64,000 bases of DNA from the NCBI GenBank assembly GCA_030609965.1, contig JAUWSQ010000001.1, forward strand, positions 105,787-169,786, given 5' to 3'. Positions 30,496 to 41,259 of this stretch are shown here, piece by piece. How positions within the stretch are numbered: position 1 is the first letter of the stretch; each line of letters starts with the position of its first letter. The notes beneath the pieces were generated by a model that had not been told where the DNA came from, made no database searches, and saw only the letters and a program-made list of their open reading frames with translations. This DNA comes from Candidatus Fermentibacterota bacterium (lineage in GTDB: Bacteria > Fermentibacterota > Fermentibacteria > Fermentibacterales > JCC-6). The translations under genes and the position numbers were made by a program.

Positions 30496-32403
30496 ATGAA
30501 TAAAACCAATTCTGTTCTCTCATACATGACCATTGATAACGTCCTGCGGGATTCAGACGAACTCATCCTGTTTATCAGCCGTACCGGGACAATTATCCTT
30601 ATAAACGACCGTGGCAGCGAGATCCTGGGCAGTCCAACCGAGGAAATTACCGGGAAAAACTGGTTTGAGGATTTCATTTCCGATGCCTCACGGGAACATA
30701 TTTTCGATGAATTCCGATCCAATCTGAACAACTCCGAAACACCCGTTTTCAATCAGGATTACCCGATACTATGCAGTGGTGAAACCGAGAAACAAGTTTC
30801 CTTGAACAACAGGGTTGTAAAGGATGAAGATGGTATTGTCATGTGTATTCTGGTTTCGGGCCATATGGTTAATGAATCAGGTGATATAAAGCCTGAACTG
30901 ACAGAGAGTACAGACATATACAGATCAGTCGTTGAAAACAGCAGTGATTCCATAATAGTATACAAAGATGGGATAATCATCTTCGTCAACGACACAGCCA
31001 GGAGGATAACCGGTTATCTGGAAGAAGAGTTTTATGGGTCGAGCATTCTGGATTTTATATCGACTGATTACAAACCAGTAATGCTGAGATACATGAATGA
31101 CAGAATAGCGGGGAAGAACTCTCCCACATTGTACGATATCGAGATTCTGAGAAAGGATGGCGATATCATTCCTGCCGAGATCAGTGTTTCGACAATTCTC
31201 TTTGAAGATGAACAGGTTCATATGGCTGTCCTAAGGGATCTATCCACCAGGCATTCTCTTGAGGAACAGTTACGCCAATCTCAGAAGATGGAGGCGGTAG
31301 GACAGCTTGCCGGAGGTGTCGCACATGATTTCAACAACATTATTCAGGTAATTAACGGTTATACAGAATTAGCTCAGGGATCACTTGAAGAAAATGATCC
31401 GGTCCAGGAAATGCTGCAGCAGGTTTCACACGCTGGTGAGAGGGCAAAGTCCCTTGTCAGCCAGCTTCTAACGTTCAGCCGCAACCAGCAGATCGTAACC
31501 AGGGTGCTGGATCTGAACGAAATCATAAATGAGCATATGACTTTGCTGCAAAGGGTCATAGGAGAGAGTATCGTACTTGAATTTCTGGCATCCAGTGAAA
31601 ACATATACATCAACGGTGACCAGGACATGATAGGACAGATACTCCTGAACATCTTTCTGAATGCCAGGGATGCTATGCCGGATGGCGGGAAGATCATTGT
31701 TAAGACCAAGCGGGTTTTTCTTGACCGCGGATTCTCTGCAATTAACTCCACTGAACAGGGTTATTACGCCATGCTGTCCATATCCGATACTGGCTGTGGT
31801 ATGGATAAAGGAACTCTCAGCAAAATATTCGAGCCTTTCTTCAGCACAAAGGGAATCACTGCCGGTACAGGACTTGGACTCTCGACTGTTTACGGAATAG
31901 TATCACAGCACGACGGGATAATAGTTGCCACAAGCATACCTGAAAAAGGTTCAATATTCCGTATTTACCTCCCCATAGTTAAAAAGGATTCTATAATCGA
32001 GGAACTGCTTCCTGAGCACGAAGTTATTCCCGAAGCATCCAGAACTATCGTTATCACAGAGGACGATGAGAGTGTTAAAAATCTGGTCAGTGATGTTCTA
32101 TCTGAGGCGGGTCACGAAGTTATCACAGCATCCAACGGCGAAGAAGCTGTAATTCTGATCAGCGATTCTCCAGACAGTGTCGATCTTGTCGTACTTGATG
32201 TGATAATGCCGGTCCTCGGCGGTTACGAAGCGGCCGACAGGATTCGCGAGATACGGCCTGATATACCGCTTATATTCTGCAGCGGATACAAAGAGGAGCA
32301 GAACCAGAAAGACATACTGGAAAAGTCCAGGTTCCTGGCAAAACCTTATTCAATGGCACAACTTCTACACACTATAAACGAGCTGTTTGCCGAAATAAGA
32401 TAA
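30496..32403 (+). CDS. Cytoplasmic hybrid histidine kinase (2 PAS-HisKA-HATPase-REC)
   Basis: QKMEAVGQLAGGVAHDFNN, GTGLGLS, VVLDVIMP. Confidence 0.92.
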   Translation: MNKTNSVLSYMTIDNVLRDSDELILFISRTGTIILINDRGSEILGSPTEEITGKNWFEDFISDASREHIFDEFRSNLNNSETPVFNQDYPILCSGETEKQVSLNNRVVKDEDGIVMCILVSGHMVNESGDIKPELTESTDIYRSVVENSSDSIIVYKDGIIIFVNDTARRITGYLEEEFYGSSILDFISTDYKPVMLRYMNDRIAGKNSPTLYDIEILRKDGDIIPAEISVSTILFEDEQVHMAVLRDLSTRHSLEEQLRQSQKMEAVGQLAGGVAHDFNNIIQVINGYTELAQGSLEENDPVQEMLQQVSHAGERAKSLVSQLLTFSRNQQIVTRVLDLNEIINEHMTLLQRVIGESIVLEFLASSENIYINGDQDMIGQILLNIFLNARDAMPDGGKIIVKTKRVFLDRGFSAINSTEQGYYAMLSISDTGCGMDKGTLSKIFEPFFSTKGITAGTGLGLSTVYGIVSQHDGIIVATSIPEKGSIFRIYLPIVKKDSIIEELLPEHEVIPEASRTIVITEDDESVKNLVSDVLSEAGHEVITASNGEEAVILISDSPDSVDLVVLDVIMPVLGGYEAADRIREIRPDIPLIFCSGYKEEQNQKDILEKSRFLAKPYSMAQLLHTINELFAEIR

Positions 32404-32438
32404 CTACCCGCAAAAAAGGGTTCTTTCAAGGAGGAACA

Positions 32439-33011
32439 ATGAGGCTGCAAACAACAATTGCTGCGCTTTCTTTGACACTGATGATGACCACCATGTCGTC
32501 ATATGCAATGGAAATGAACGATATTGAGTTTCCCGATGCGATAGCAGTAAACGGAGTCGATCTGCTTCTGAACGGCCTCGGTAAACGCGAAGCTACGATT
32601 TTCAATGTGGACGTCTACATTGCAGCACTTTACCTTGAACATACCCAAAGCGATGGGTACGCTATCTGTGAATCGGACCAGACAAAACGCCTCATTCTGC
32701 ATTTTGTTCGAGACGTCAGCGGCGGAGATATTGCAGGCGCATGGGCGGAAGGATTCATTAAGAACAGCGGGGATGACGCAACCGTTTATGAGAGCAGGAT
32801 CGTATCTCTGAACTCATGGATGTCTGAGATGAAGGATGGTGAGGAAATGATGTTCACCTACATTCCCGACACCGGCCTCGAAGTTTCGGTTAGGGGTACA
32901 TACATGGGCACCATTGAGGGAAGTGATTTCGCCACTGTATTCTTCTCCATATGGCTGGGAGATGATCCTCCGAATGGAGGTCTCAGGAGAGGTCTTCTCG
33001 GGCTGAACTGA
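32439..33011 (+). CDS. Chalcone isomerase-like secreted protein
   Basis: Signal peptide; LNGLGKREATIFNVDVYIAALYL; FFSIWLGDDP. Confidence 0.85.
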   Translation: MRLQTTIAALSLTLMMTTMSSYAMEMNDIEFPDAIAVNGVDLLLNGLGKREATIFNVDVYIAALYLEHTQSDGYAICESDQTKRLILHFVRDVSGGDIAGAWAEGFIKNSGDDATVYESRIVSLNSWMSEMKDGEEMMFTYIPDTGLEVSVRGTYMGTIEGSDFATVFFSIWLGDDPPNGGLRRGLLGLN

Positions 33012-33109
33012 CTCAGCCATCGGGAAGATGGACAGCAAATGAGCATCCCTGCCGCAGTATGCTCTGAGGCTGCCGTATAATTTATGCTGCCACGCTTCAA
33101 TAAAGTCGC

Positions 33110-34261
33110 TCATTTAATCTCCCGCATCCACTCCTCAACAGCCTGCAGACCCTCATCCGGAAAGAAATGCCCCCCATCGTATTCAAAGAACGTAACATCG
33201 TACCCGGCATCAGCAAGAAGATCTTTCGCATTTATTGCCCTGTCGTCTTCCTGCATACCTCTGCCGATGAATACCGGAACGACGGATGCTGATTGAATCA
33301 CTCCCTCCTGATAAAGTTCTTCGTCTATAACCCCGCTGTAAGTGGCGATACCCGCGAAGAGAGATGGATTCCCAAAACCGGTCCAGTATGCCATGATGCC
33401 ACCCTGGCTGAATCCGAGCAGGTAAATCCTGTCGATTCTGTACTGGCTCTTAATCATATCCAGGCATGCAAGGATCATATCCGAAGATAATTCCATGGAA
33501 TATCTGAACATCTCCTGCTTCTGTTCGAGGGGCATATCCCCCCCATCCCACTGACTTGAACCGTGGACTGTCCAGCTGTATACCGTTCTATCGCCCAACT
33601 CGAAGGCGTAGGGTGCCTGAAGAGATGCAAAAATAAAGTTCCCTTCATCGAATACAGCCCATCTGGAGGAAAACTCGGTAACATCCCCTCCGTAACCATG
33701 AAGTGCCAGAACAAGATCATAGTGCTCCTGAGGGTCATAGTTCTCGGGTAAATGAACTCTTGCCGTCTGCATTGAAGGAAATTCAAGGTACAGCCTCTCG
33801 CCAAGCACTGCCATGCTCCTGTGCTCCCTTGCTGCTTCAATGACAGACATGGCTTCATCCACATACTCATTGAACACTTCGTTACCCATCAAAGATGATA
33901 GATCGGTGTCGGTCTCTATATGCTCAGGTCTGTCGAATCCCGCAAGGGCAGACTGCAGCAGAGCTTTACCGGCAAGCTCCGGCTCATCGAGAAGTCCATA
34001 ACAGCATGCAAGGTTGAAAAGGGCTATGGGATTATCATCCAGATCCGCCTGAAGGGCCAGAATGTAGTACTCGGCAGCTTTCTCATAATCACCATCCATG
34101 TAGCATAATGCTGCGTCCTGAACAAGAAATCCAGGTTGAATCTCATAGGATTCAAAGAGTTCTGAAGATAGTTCTCCAAGCGTAACTGAGTCCTCAAGCG
34201 CAGATGCTTGCGAAATAAATAAGACTGAAACAATCAAGAGCGTAAAAGTCAAGCACTTCAT
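33110..34261 (-). CDS. Secreted TPR + alpha/beta-hydrolase (esterase)
   Basis: FNLACCYGLL TPR; ALHGYGG, GFSQGG, GGHFF. Confidence 0.82.
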   Translation of the reverse strand: MKCLTFTLLIVSVLFISQASALEDSVTLGELSSELFESYEIQPGFLVQDAALCYMDGDYEKAAEYYILALQADLDDNPIALFNLACCYGLLDEPELAGKALLQSALAGFDRPEHIETDTDLSSLMGNEVFNEYVDEAMSVIEAAREHRSMAVLGERLYLEFPSMQTARVHLPENYDPQEHYDLVLALHGYGGDVTEFSSRWAVFDEGNFIFASLQAPYAFELGDRTVYSWTVHGSSQWDGGDMPLEQKQEMFRYSMELSSDMILACLDMIKSQYRIDRIYLLGFSQGGIMAYWTGFGNPSLFAGIATYSGVIDEELYQEGVIQSASVVPVFIGRGMQEDDRAINAKDLLADAGYDVTFFEYDGGHFFPDEGLQAVEEWMREIK

Positions 34262-34530
34262 TCAGAGACCGCCTTTCCGGAATACTGATACTCTATAAGT
34301 ATATTTCCATTTGATATTTTGTCAAAAACTTCATACTCATTTCTGACAACGACTCGGCTGATGTTCTTGCTGCTTCGGAATTTACAATCCGCGAACTCAT
34401 GAGAATTATACTGTCTGGAAAAACACCCGGAGGAATTTGTAATACTGTTGCATTTAGGAACAGGCTGGAACATAATGTAGATATAGAAATAGCGAATTAC
34501 CGGAATCCGGTTTTCATCATGGGAGATATA

Positions 34531-35712
34531 ATGCAAAGGATATACCTGGATCACAACGCTACAACACCTCTCCATCCTGAGGTAAAAAAGGCAATAATCG
34601 AATCAATCGATGTCTTCGGAAACCCTTCCAGTCTTCATGAGGATGGAAGGCTGGCCAGAATTCTTATCGAGACGGCCAGAGAAAAAGTTGCCGCACTTAT
34701 TAACGCTGATCCGGAAGAGATCATGTTCGTTGGAAGCGGTTCGGAGGCAAATAATACTGTACTTTCACTGGTAAGCTGCAGCGGAGCCCGCTGCAGCCTG
34801 CATTCCCCTGCTGACAGTGATCTAATAACATCGACCATAGAACACCCATGTATCCTTGAGACGTCAAAGTGTCTTGAGAACAGGGGAACAAAAGTCTGGC
34901 GCGTAGGTGTGGATAACAGAGGTCTTGTGAAAATGGACGATCTTGAACAGGCGGTGTCTGAGAATACATCACTTGTGTCCATTATGATGGTGAACAACGA
35001 AACAGGTGCGATTCAGGATGTTGAAAGAGCCCTGAAAATAGCTCATAACTCAGGAGCCATGTTCCATACAGACGCAGTGCAGGCGGTTGGTAAACTGCCC
35101 CTGGATGTCAAAAAGCTGGATGTTGACTTCCTGACGATATCAGCCCACAAGATCTATGGCCCCAAGGGGGTCGGAGCTCTATACGTAAGGAAAGGTACTC
35201 CCTTCTGTCCACTTATCAGAGGCGGCCACCAGGAGATGGGTCGGCGTGCAGGTACCGAGAACACGCTTGGCATTGTAGGCCTCGGAAGAGCGGTTGAACT
35301 CCGTGCCTCCGAGATGGATACCGAGACTGAACGCCTGGCACAGCTCAATAGATTGCTGAGGGAGGGAATAGAAAGCCGGATAGAGAACATCCATTTCAAC
35401 AGTGATCCTGCATGCTGCCTTCACTCTACAATCAACGTTTCCTTTGAAGGGGTTGAAGGGGAGGCACTTCTTCTGTACCTTGATTATGAGGGGGTGGAAG
35501 TTTCAACAGGTTCCGCATGCGCATCAGGATCACTCGACCCATCACATGTCCTCCTGGAGATGCATCTGCCTGTTGAATTTGCGCACGGCTCCCTGCGAAT
35601 GAGTATGGGAAGATCAACAACCCGCGAAGAGATTGATCATGTTTTGGATGTTCTTCCTGATATCGTAAATAAATTGCGCAGAATGTCTACCGTTTACGGA
35701 GGTGCACGATGA
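34531..35712 (+). CDS. nifS: Cysteine desulfurase (NifS/IscS group I)
   Basis: IYLDHNATT, HTDAVQ, SAHKIYGPKG, STGSACASG; ATG 34531 with GGGAG RBS. Confidence 0.93.
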   Translation: MQRIYLDHNATTPLHPEVKKAIIESIDVFGNPSSLHEDGRLARILIETAREKVAALINADPEEIMFVGSGSEANNTVLSLVSCSGARCSLHSPADSDLITSTIEHPCILETSKCLENRGTKVWRVGVDNRGLVKMDDLEQAVSENTSLVSIMMVNNETGAIQDVERALKIAHNSGAMFHTDAVQAVGKLPLDVKKLDVDFLTISAHKIYGPKGVGALYVRKGTPFCPLIRGGHQEMGRRAGTENTLGIVGLGRAVELRASEMDTETERLAQLNRLLREGIESRIENIHFNSDPACCLHSTINVSFEGVEGEALLLYLDYEGVEVSTGSACASGSLDPSHVLLEMHLPVEFAHGSLRMSMGRSTTREEIDHVLDVLPDIVNKLRRMSTVYGGAR

Positions 35713-36329
35713 ACTCCTGGCTTTACACGGATAAGGTCAAAGATCACTTCATGAACCCCAGGAACATCATGTTCGACGATGCGGAGTTCCAGTACGATGC
35801 CGAGGGCAGGACCGGCAATATAAAGTGCGGTGATGAGATGATCTTCTATTTAAAGGTTGATCCTGATACTCTCACGATTACTGATTGCAGATGGAAGACT
35901 TTCGGATGCGCAAGCGCCATAGCCAGCACATCGGTTCTATCTGAAATGATAAAGGGCATGACCCTCGAAGATGTCCGCAATATTTCAAACGTGGATATTA
36001 TGAACGAACTGGGCGGGCTTCCGGATAACAAGGTTCACTGCTCCGTGCTTGGTGATAAGGCCCTTGAGGAAGCCATCAACAACTACTACCGCGAACATGG
36101 TATGTTCGAAAAGGTCCGCGATACCGAATCAAGGATAGTCTGCGAATGTCTGAATGTCTCTGAGGAGGAAATCGAGCATGCCGTGCTTGAGGGAGCTCGT
36201 AATTACTATCAGCTTCAGGAGATGACAAAGATAGGTACCTCCTGCGGCAAGTGCTCCGAGGACGCGAAGGAACGACTTTCATTTTTCCTGGACAAACATG
36301 TCGGTATTAAGGTATGTGTTCAACCTTGA
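35709..36329 (+). CDS. nifU: Fe-S scaffold IscU/NifU with BFD-like [2Fe-2S] domain, no Nfu domain
   Basis: KCGD, FGCASA, VHCS; then VCECLNV...GTSCGKC. Confidence 0.88.
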   Translation: MNSWLYTDKVKDHFMNPRNIMFDDAEFQYDAEGRTGNIKCGDEMIFYLKVDPDTLTITDCRWKTFGCASAIASTSVLSEMIKGMTLEDVRNISNVDIMNELGGLPDNKVHCSVLGDKALEEAINNYYREHGMFEKVRDTESRIVCECLNVSEEEIEHAVLEGARNYYQLQEMTKIGTSCGKCSEDAKERLSFFLDKHVGIKVCVQP

Positions 36330-36354
36330 GGAACATCCCGGGAAACAGTATTAA

Positions 36355-36382
36355 AATGGGGCGGTCGAACGACCGCCCCATT
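36355..36382. terminator. Terminator hairpin between convergent genes
   Basis: AATGGGGCGGTC-GAAC-GACCGCCCCATT. Confidence 0.8.
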
Positions 36383-36396
36383 CTGATATAGGACTG

Positions 36397-37395
36397 TTAG
36401 CGGATTATTGTCAGCTGGCGTTTGATCATTTCACCGCCGCTGGTGATAAGCTGCACGAAGTATACTCCGCTTTCCTCGATGAACGCACTTGTAACTCCAT
36501 CAGCGGGAAAACTCTCAACAACTCTTCCTGCTATGTCAAATACCTGAACCGTTCCCGTTTCCTCTGCGGGAAGCAGACAGTTAATTGAAATGTTTCCATC
36601 GCTCGGATTTGGACCAACGGTAAGCAGCGCAGTTGCTGGTATGAATCCGGTCTCATCACCGAATATACCTGTGGGGGTATCCGGAAGGTCCATGAAGTTT
36701 GCATTGAGAACTTCCCTTGTTCCCGAAGTGTACTGAACGAAAGTGGCTACATTCAGGTTATTGAACGGGTGCACACTCGGATTCAGCGTATAGGAGCCGG
36801 CAACACTGATGGTCTGTGGATATGGCCCTGTAAAACTAAGATACTCTCCCTGGGAACCAAGTGGATACGCAACCGGAATCCACATCATCTCCTGCCCGCT
36901 GTATCCGCCCCATGCGGAAGATGCTATCTCGTGATCCTCGAGTATGACAGAATATACTTTTATGGGATAAGTCTGAGCGGGCTCCTGCTCGGCAGTAACG
37001 CTGATGTAAGCCATGCCTCCTGAGGCATCACCAACATAATTGATATCAAAATCGATATACGCAGGTACCGCAAGCCTGTTGTTGATGGCTGCAGCGTACG
37101 TTGATGGAGTATAGCTTGCAGTCAACCCGTCAATCCTCACCGTGGGAGTGTATGTAAGTGAGTAAAAATTCCATCTTCCCGAGTTGAATGAATTTGCCGC
37201 AGGACCGTTCAGGAACATATAAAGTGGAGCAATATCTTCCGAGGTTACAAAGGGATTGAGAGCAGTCTTAACAGCTGACCAGCTGCTTATACATAAGGGT
37301 CAACCAGTCTGGGTGAAGTACTCCCAGAGAACAACCCTTTCCGCGGAGAAGGACAGTGCTGCGAAAACCAGAAGAAATAGTGCCAGGATTTTCAT
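36397..37395 (-). CDS. Secreted Omp28/thioredoxin-like selenoprotein (UxxC) with T9SS-like C-terminal domain, 332 aa
   Basis: RBS AGGAG, ATG 37395: MKILALFLLVFAALSFSAERVVLWEYFTQTG-TGA(37302-300)-PLC continues in frame into the listed ORF 36397..37218; YTPTVRIDG; GPNPS..VFDIAGRVV..GVYFVQL. Confidence 0.85.
37270..37287 (-). promoter_or_regulatory. Bacterial SECIS-like hairpin
   Basis: Minus strand AGCAGCT-GGTC-AGCTGTT; the loop begins 19 nt after the TGA and starts with G. Confidence 0.7.
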
Positions 37396-37785
37396 ATTAT
37401 CTCCTTTCAATATATACATAGCTAGTTACTATGTATTTGTAAAGGCAATCGTTACCTTACTCAAATTTCCATAAAAACATTCAGTAGGTCCGGGTGCCCC
37501 GGATTGCCGGACAATCCGGAGCGTAAGCTCCAGGGAAAAAGGTTAATCTCAGAGCTTTTACAATACTCGTGAAGCTACTCATCCGTCAGTATCATATACT
37601 CTTATGCAGTAATACCCTACGCGAACAACTGCCCCATCTGACTCCAGACAGTTCCAATGGAATGAACAGCAAATCAAACTAACTCACACAAATCACGAGA
37701 ATTGTAATTGAAAATGAATATTGCACGTTTCTAGAAACGCGTCAAGAACCGTTTTTCGCATAATATCCCGAAAGAACTCTTCGCC

Positions 37786-39084
37786 TTGATAATTCTTTTC
37801 ATAATCGGCATATTAGAAGTTGAAATTTACTGGAGGAAACTCAAAGTGGAAAATAATAATAATTTCTGTTTCGGTGAGGATATAAATCCCGTTATAACCC
37901 TCATGAAAAACGCACTCGGGGATATACTTTATTCACTTGATATATCTCTTGATAATCCCAAGGATGTCTACAAAAAACTGAAGATAGATAAAAAGCTTGG
38001 TTGGAAGATCTACAACGTAGCTTGTGAGGTTGATCCTTTCATTGCAGCACAGTTCGTACCGGGCAAAGCTGCCTGCACGAGTTTCATGAAATGCTGCAGA
38101 AAACTCGGTACACCTAAAAAACTCCTTCAGAAAGCAAAGGAAGCCTGCCAGCAATTCGACCTGATGGTCGAAAAGCACGCTGACAGCAGGAAGGAATTCG
38201 ACCTGATGCTGCTGTCCTGTTCTGATAAGGGTCGGTCCAAAGCCTACCTGTCTCAGCAGAAGGCAGCCTTTACCGCTTACAGCCATCTTCTCGGAGCGCA
38301 GGCCGGCACACAGCTGTGTACATGGATTTTTGCTCCGTCAGCCAGCGGTGAATTTCATGATATAGCAAGCATCAGGGGCTTCATCGATTTAAGAAGGAAC
38401 AGGCCTAATGTCCCCTGGCTGCTTGAATGGGCTTACTTCACAGATGACGACAACGTTCCGAAAAGCATGGTAAAGGTCAAACCAATTGAAAAAAGAGAAC
38501 CTGATAAGAGCAACCCCATGGGTGTGCCGTTTTACTACAGTTTCTGTTCTGATCCTCTGCCGAGTGTTATCAGTTCCCGCAAACGGGCTGGAAGAACTGT
38601 ACATGAACTTGAGGAAGCTCCTATCGGCAATACAGAGTCAATTACTTGCATTACTGGTCAGATAACAAGGGATGTCTTCAAAAGCTACAGAACCAGAGAG
38701 GACAGGTACAGAGAGCTTCTGGTCAGAGCAAGAACGCCGGTGGAAAGGCTTGTTTTCGACCAGATAGTTCACCTGGATCTGATTGGTCCCCTTGAACCTG
38801 AGCTTTTCATATTCGGTGAGTTTACTGGATACGACTGGTCATTGCCGGCGGAATACCGAAATCCCCACAGCTGCCTCCCTATGGATATTTCCATTCACAA
38901 ACTTGGAATGGGGATAAAGGCTACGTATACACCATACATACAATGGTACACTGACATGATAGAGGATGTCTTCCACAGACTTCAGTGGGATCCTGCAAAG
39001 TTCAGGACCTACAGGGTTGTTATCGACTATCCCGTTATCCCTTCGACAATCAACATGAGATCACTGCTCCCGGAGAAACAGTAA
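37786..39084 (+). CDS. Uncharacterised cytoplasmic protein (possible N-terminal HTH); start may be GTG 37846
   Basis: 432-aa ORF; LKIDKKLGWKIYNV segment; no recognised catalytic motif. Confidence 0.75.
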   Translation: MIILFIIGILEVEIYWRKLKVENNNNFCFGEDINPVITLMKNALGDILYSLDISLDNPKDVYKKLKIDKKLGWKIYNVACEVDPFIAAQFVPGKAACTSFMKCCRKLGTPKKLLQKAKEACQQFDLMVEKHADSRKEFDLMLLSCSDKGRSKAYLSQQKAAFTAYSHLLGAQAGTQLCTWIFAPSASGEFHDIASIRGFIDLRRNRPNVPWLLEWAYFTDDDNVPKSMVKVKPIEKREPDKSNPMGVPFYYSFCSDPLPSVISSRKRAGRTVHELEEAPIGNTESITCITGQITRDVFKSYRTREDRYRELLVRARTPVERLVFDQIVHLDLIGPLEPELFIFGEFTGYDWSLPAEYRNPHSCLPMDISIHKLGMGIKATYTPYIQWYTDMIEDVFHRLQWDPAKFRTYRVVIDYPVIPSTINMRSLLPEKQ

Positions 39085-39159
39085 CCTGAAGCATTCTTAG
39101 TTACGCTCCCATGATCAGTGCAGAATGCACCGGGAACATTGAGATTCGAGATTATTCAG

Positions 39160-41259
39160 CTAGCCCGGTTTCAAATCGCTTACGATATTCTGAATACACT
39201 CGCTCAATCCAATGATGTTGAAAGGCTTTTTGATAATACCCTTGAATCCATAATCCTTAAAATTGGCCATGATTGGGCTGTTGGAGTATCCGCTTGAAAC
39301 TATAGCCTTTATGTCCGGGTCTATTTCAAGCAGCCTTCTTATAGTTTCCTGTCCCCCCATGCCTCCCCGTATTGTAAGATCAATTATGACACCATCAAAT
39401 GGGTCTCCCGATTCCAGCGCAGCCTTAAAAAGCTCTATAGTTTCGTTCCCGTCACTGGCAGTGACAGCACTGAATCCCAATTTATCCAGCATCTGGAAGG
39501 TTACCTTCCTCACAGATTCATCATCATCCATTACCAGGATTTTCCCCTGGCCTCTTTCTGGATACTCCTCTTTTTCATCTACTTCGTAAGGTTCTTTTTC
39601 AGAAGCGGGAACATAGATAGTAAACATGGTACCTAAGCCGATTTCAGATTCCACGGTAATCAAACCATCATGCTTCTTGATAATTGAATATGTGGTTGCG
39701 AGACCAAGACCGCTTCCTCCGTCTTTTGTTGTGAAATAAGGGTCGAATATGTTCTGAAGATCATTTTTGGATATTCCAACTCCCTGGTCTTTTATGATAA
39801 GCTTCACATACCTTTTCTTACTGAGTGGAAGTGACTTAACGTCATGTTCATCAATGTTATCCGCCTCTATAGAGAAAATACCCCCGTTCGGCATCGCCTG
39901 ATTCGCATTAATGGTTAGATTCTCGATCACCTGCCTGAACTGCACCACATCAATGTCGACAGGCCACAGATCAGCAGGCAGCGAATAATCACACATTATA
40001 CTTGAACCACTGAGGACAAAATTGACGGAATCGGTAATAATCTCAGCCAGCTTTGTAGGTTGGGTCAGCGGAACACCGCCCTTGGAGAAAGTAAGCAGCT
40101 TCTGTGTCAGTTCTTTCGCCCTGTTTGATGCACTATGGGCATTTTCAAGAAATTGGTATTCTTCACTTTCGCTATTGGAGTATGCGATGGCAAGTTCAAT
40201 ATTTCCAAGAATACCGGTAAGAATATTATTGAAATCATGAGCGATTCCACCGGCAAGGATGCCCAGGGATTCAATTTTCTGCACCTTGATAAGTTCTTTC
40301 TCCATCTTCTTCCGCTCGGAAATATCAATGGCAACTATCTGAACTGCAGACCTGTCCTGGAAGATGAAGGGAATTACCACAATCTCCGTATCAACGGTGG
40401 AACCATCGATCCTTCTGAATCTTGCCTCCATGAGGGAAGTTTCATAATGATTCTCCATTGTTTCCCTGATCATCGTCCTGATTCCATCCTGGTCCTCTGG
40501 ATGAATAAACTCCATCGACGGATGATCGATTACTTCTTCAGGATTTTCAGCACCAAGCAGTTTTAACCCGGCATTATTTGCAAATGCTATTCGACTGTCG
40601 CAGCAGACAAAAATGGATTCCGGTGAAGATTGAACAAGATTACGGTATCTTCCCTCTGATTTCAGCAATGCAATTTCAGCTTCTTTTCGGCTGACAATAT
40701 CAATGAAAACACTCAGCGAACTCTCCAGAACATCACGGTCCTTCTCTTCAAATGGACGGCGGAACACCCTGTCCTCTGTTGCATTACCCAGAAGGAGGGC
40801 TATATCATCATGATGGTTGAAGGTCCAAAGCAGATAGGGTGACGAAATGGCTTCTCGAAGGGAATTAACCGTTGAATCCGGCTGGGTCTCTGAATTTACA
40901 AACATGAAATCAGGGATGGAATTACTGAATCTGTGAAGATTCCTCGGAGTCATTGCCAGCTCTGAGCCAAGAAAACACTTCGGTATGAATTTATTGGATG
41001 CCTTGTCATATCGAAGAATCATAGCTCGGTCAACCGACATTGTACTGAGGATTACCTGGAGAAATCGTCTCTGAATCTGATCTATGGTTACATCATGATT
41101 GATAAGCTCATAGGTCCTGCGAATAAGAGCTGTTGTAGTGCGGGAACGCTTGGCATCACCATGAATACAGGTTAGTTCCCTCTGTAATTGCAGCACACGC
41201 CCACCCAGATCATCTGACTGTCGACGGTAAAAGTCTTTTTCAGTTTTCAGGTCATCCAT
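39160..41259 (-). CDS. Cytoplasmic hybrid histidine kinase (coiled coil-GAF-like-PAS-HisKA-HATPase-REC)
   Basis: LAGGIAHDFNN, FTTKDGGSGLGL, VMDDDE...IIDLTIRG; no TM segment. Confidence 0.92.
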   Translation of the reverse strand: MDDLKTEKDFYRRQSDDLGGRVLQLQRELTCIHGDAKRSRTTTALIRRTYELINHDVTIDQIQRRFLQVILSTMSVDRAMILRYDKASNKFIPKCFLGSELAMTPRNLHRFSNSIPDFMFVNSETQPDSTVNSLREAISSPYLLWTFNHHDDIALLLGNATEDRVFRRPFEEKDRDVLESSLSVFIDIVSRKEAEIALLKSEGRYRNLVQSSPESIFVCCDSRIAFANNAGLKLLGAENPEEVIDHPSMEFIHPEDQDGIRTMIRETMENHYETSLMEARFRRIDGSTVDTEIVVIPFIFQDRSAVQIVAIDISERKKMEKELIKVQKIESLGILAGGIAHDFNNILTGILGNIELAIAYSNSESEEYQFLENAHSASNRAKELTQKLLTFSKGGVPLTQPTKLAEIITDSVNFVLSGSSIMCDYSLPADLWPVDIDVVQFRQVIENLTINANQAMPNGGIFSIEADNIDEHDVKSLPLSKKRYVKLIIKDQGVGISKNDLQNIFDPYFTTKDGGSGLGLATTYSIIKKHDGLITVESEIGLGTMFTIYVPASEKEPYEVDEKEEYPERGQGKILVMDDDESVRKVTFQMLDKLGFSAVTASDGNETIELFKAALESGDPFDGVIIDLTIRGGMGGQETIRRLLEIDPDIKAIVSSGYSNSPIMANFKDYGFKGIIKKPFNIIGLSECIQNIVSDLKPG

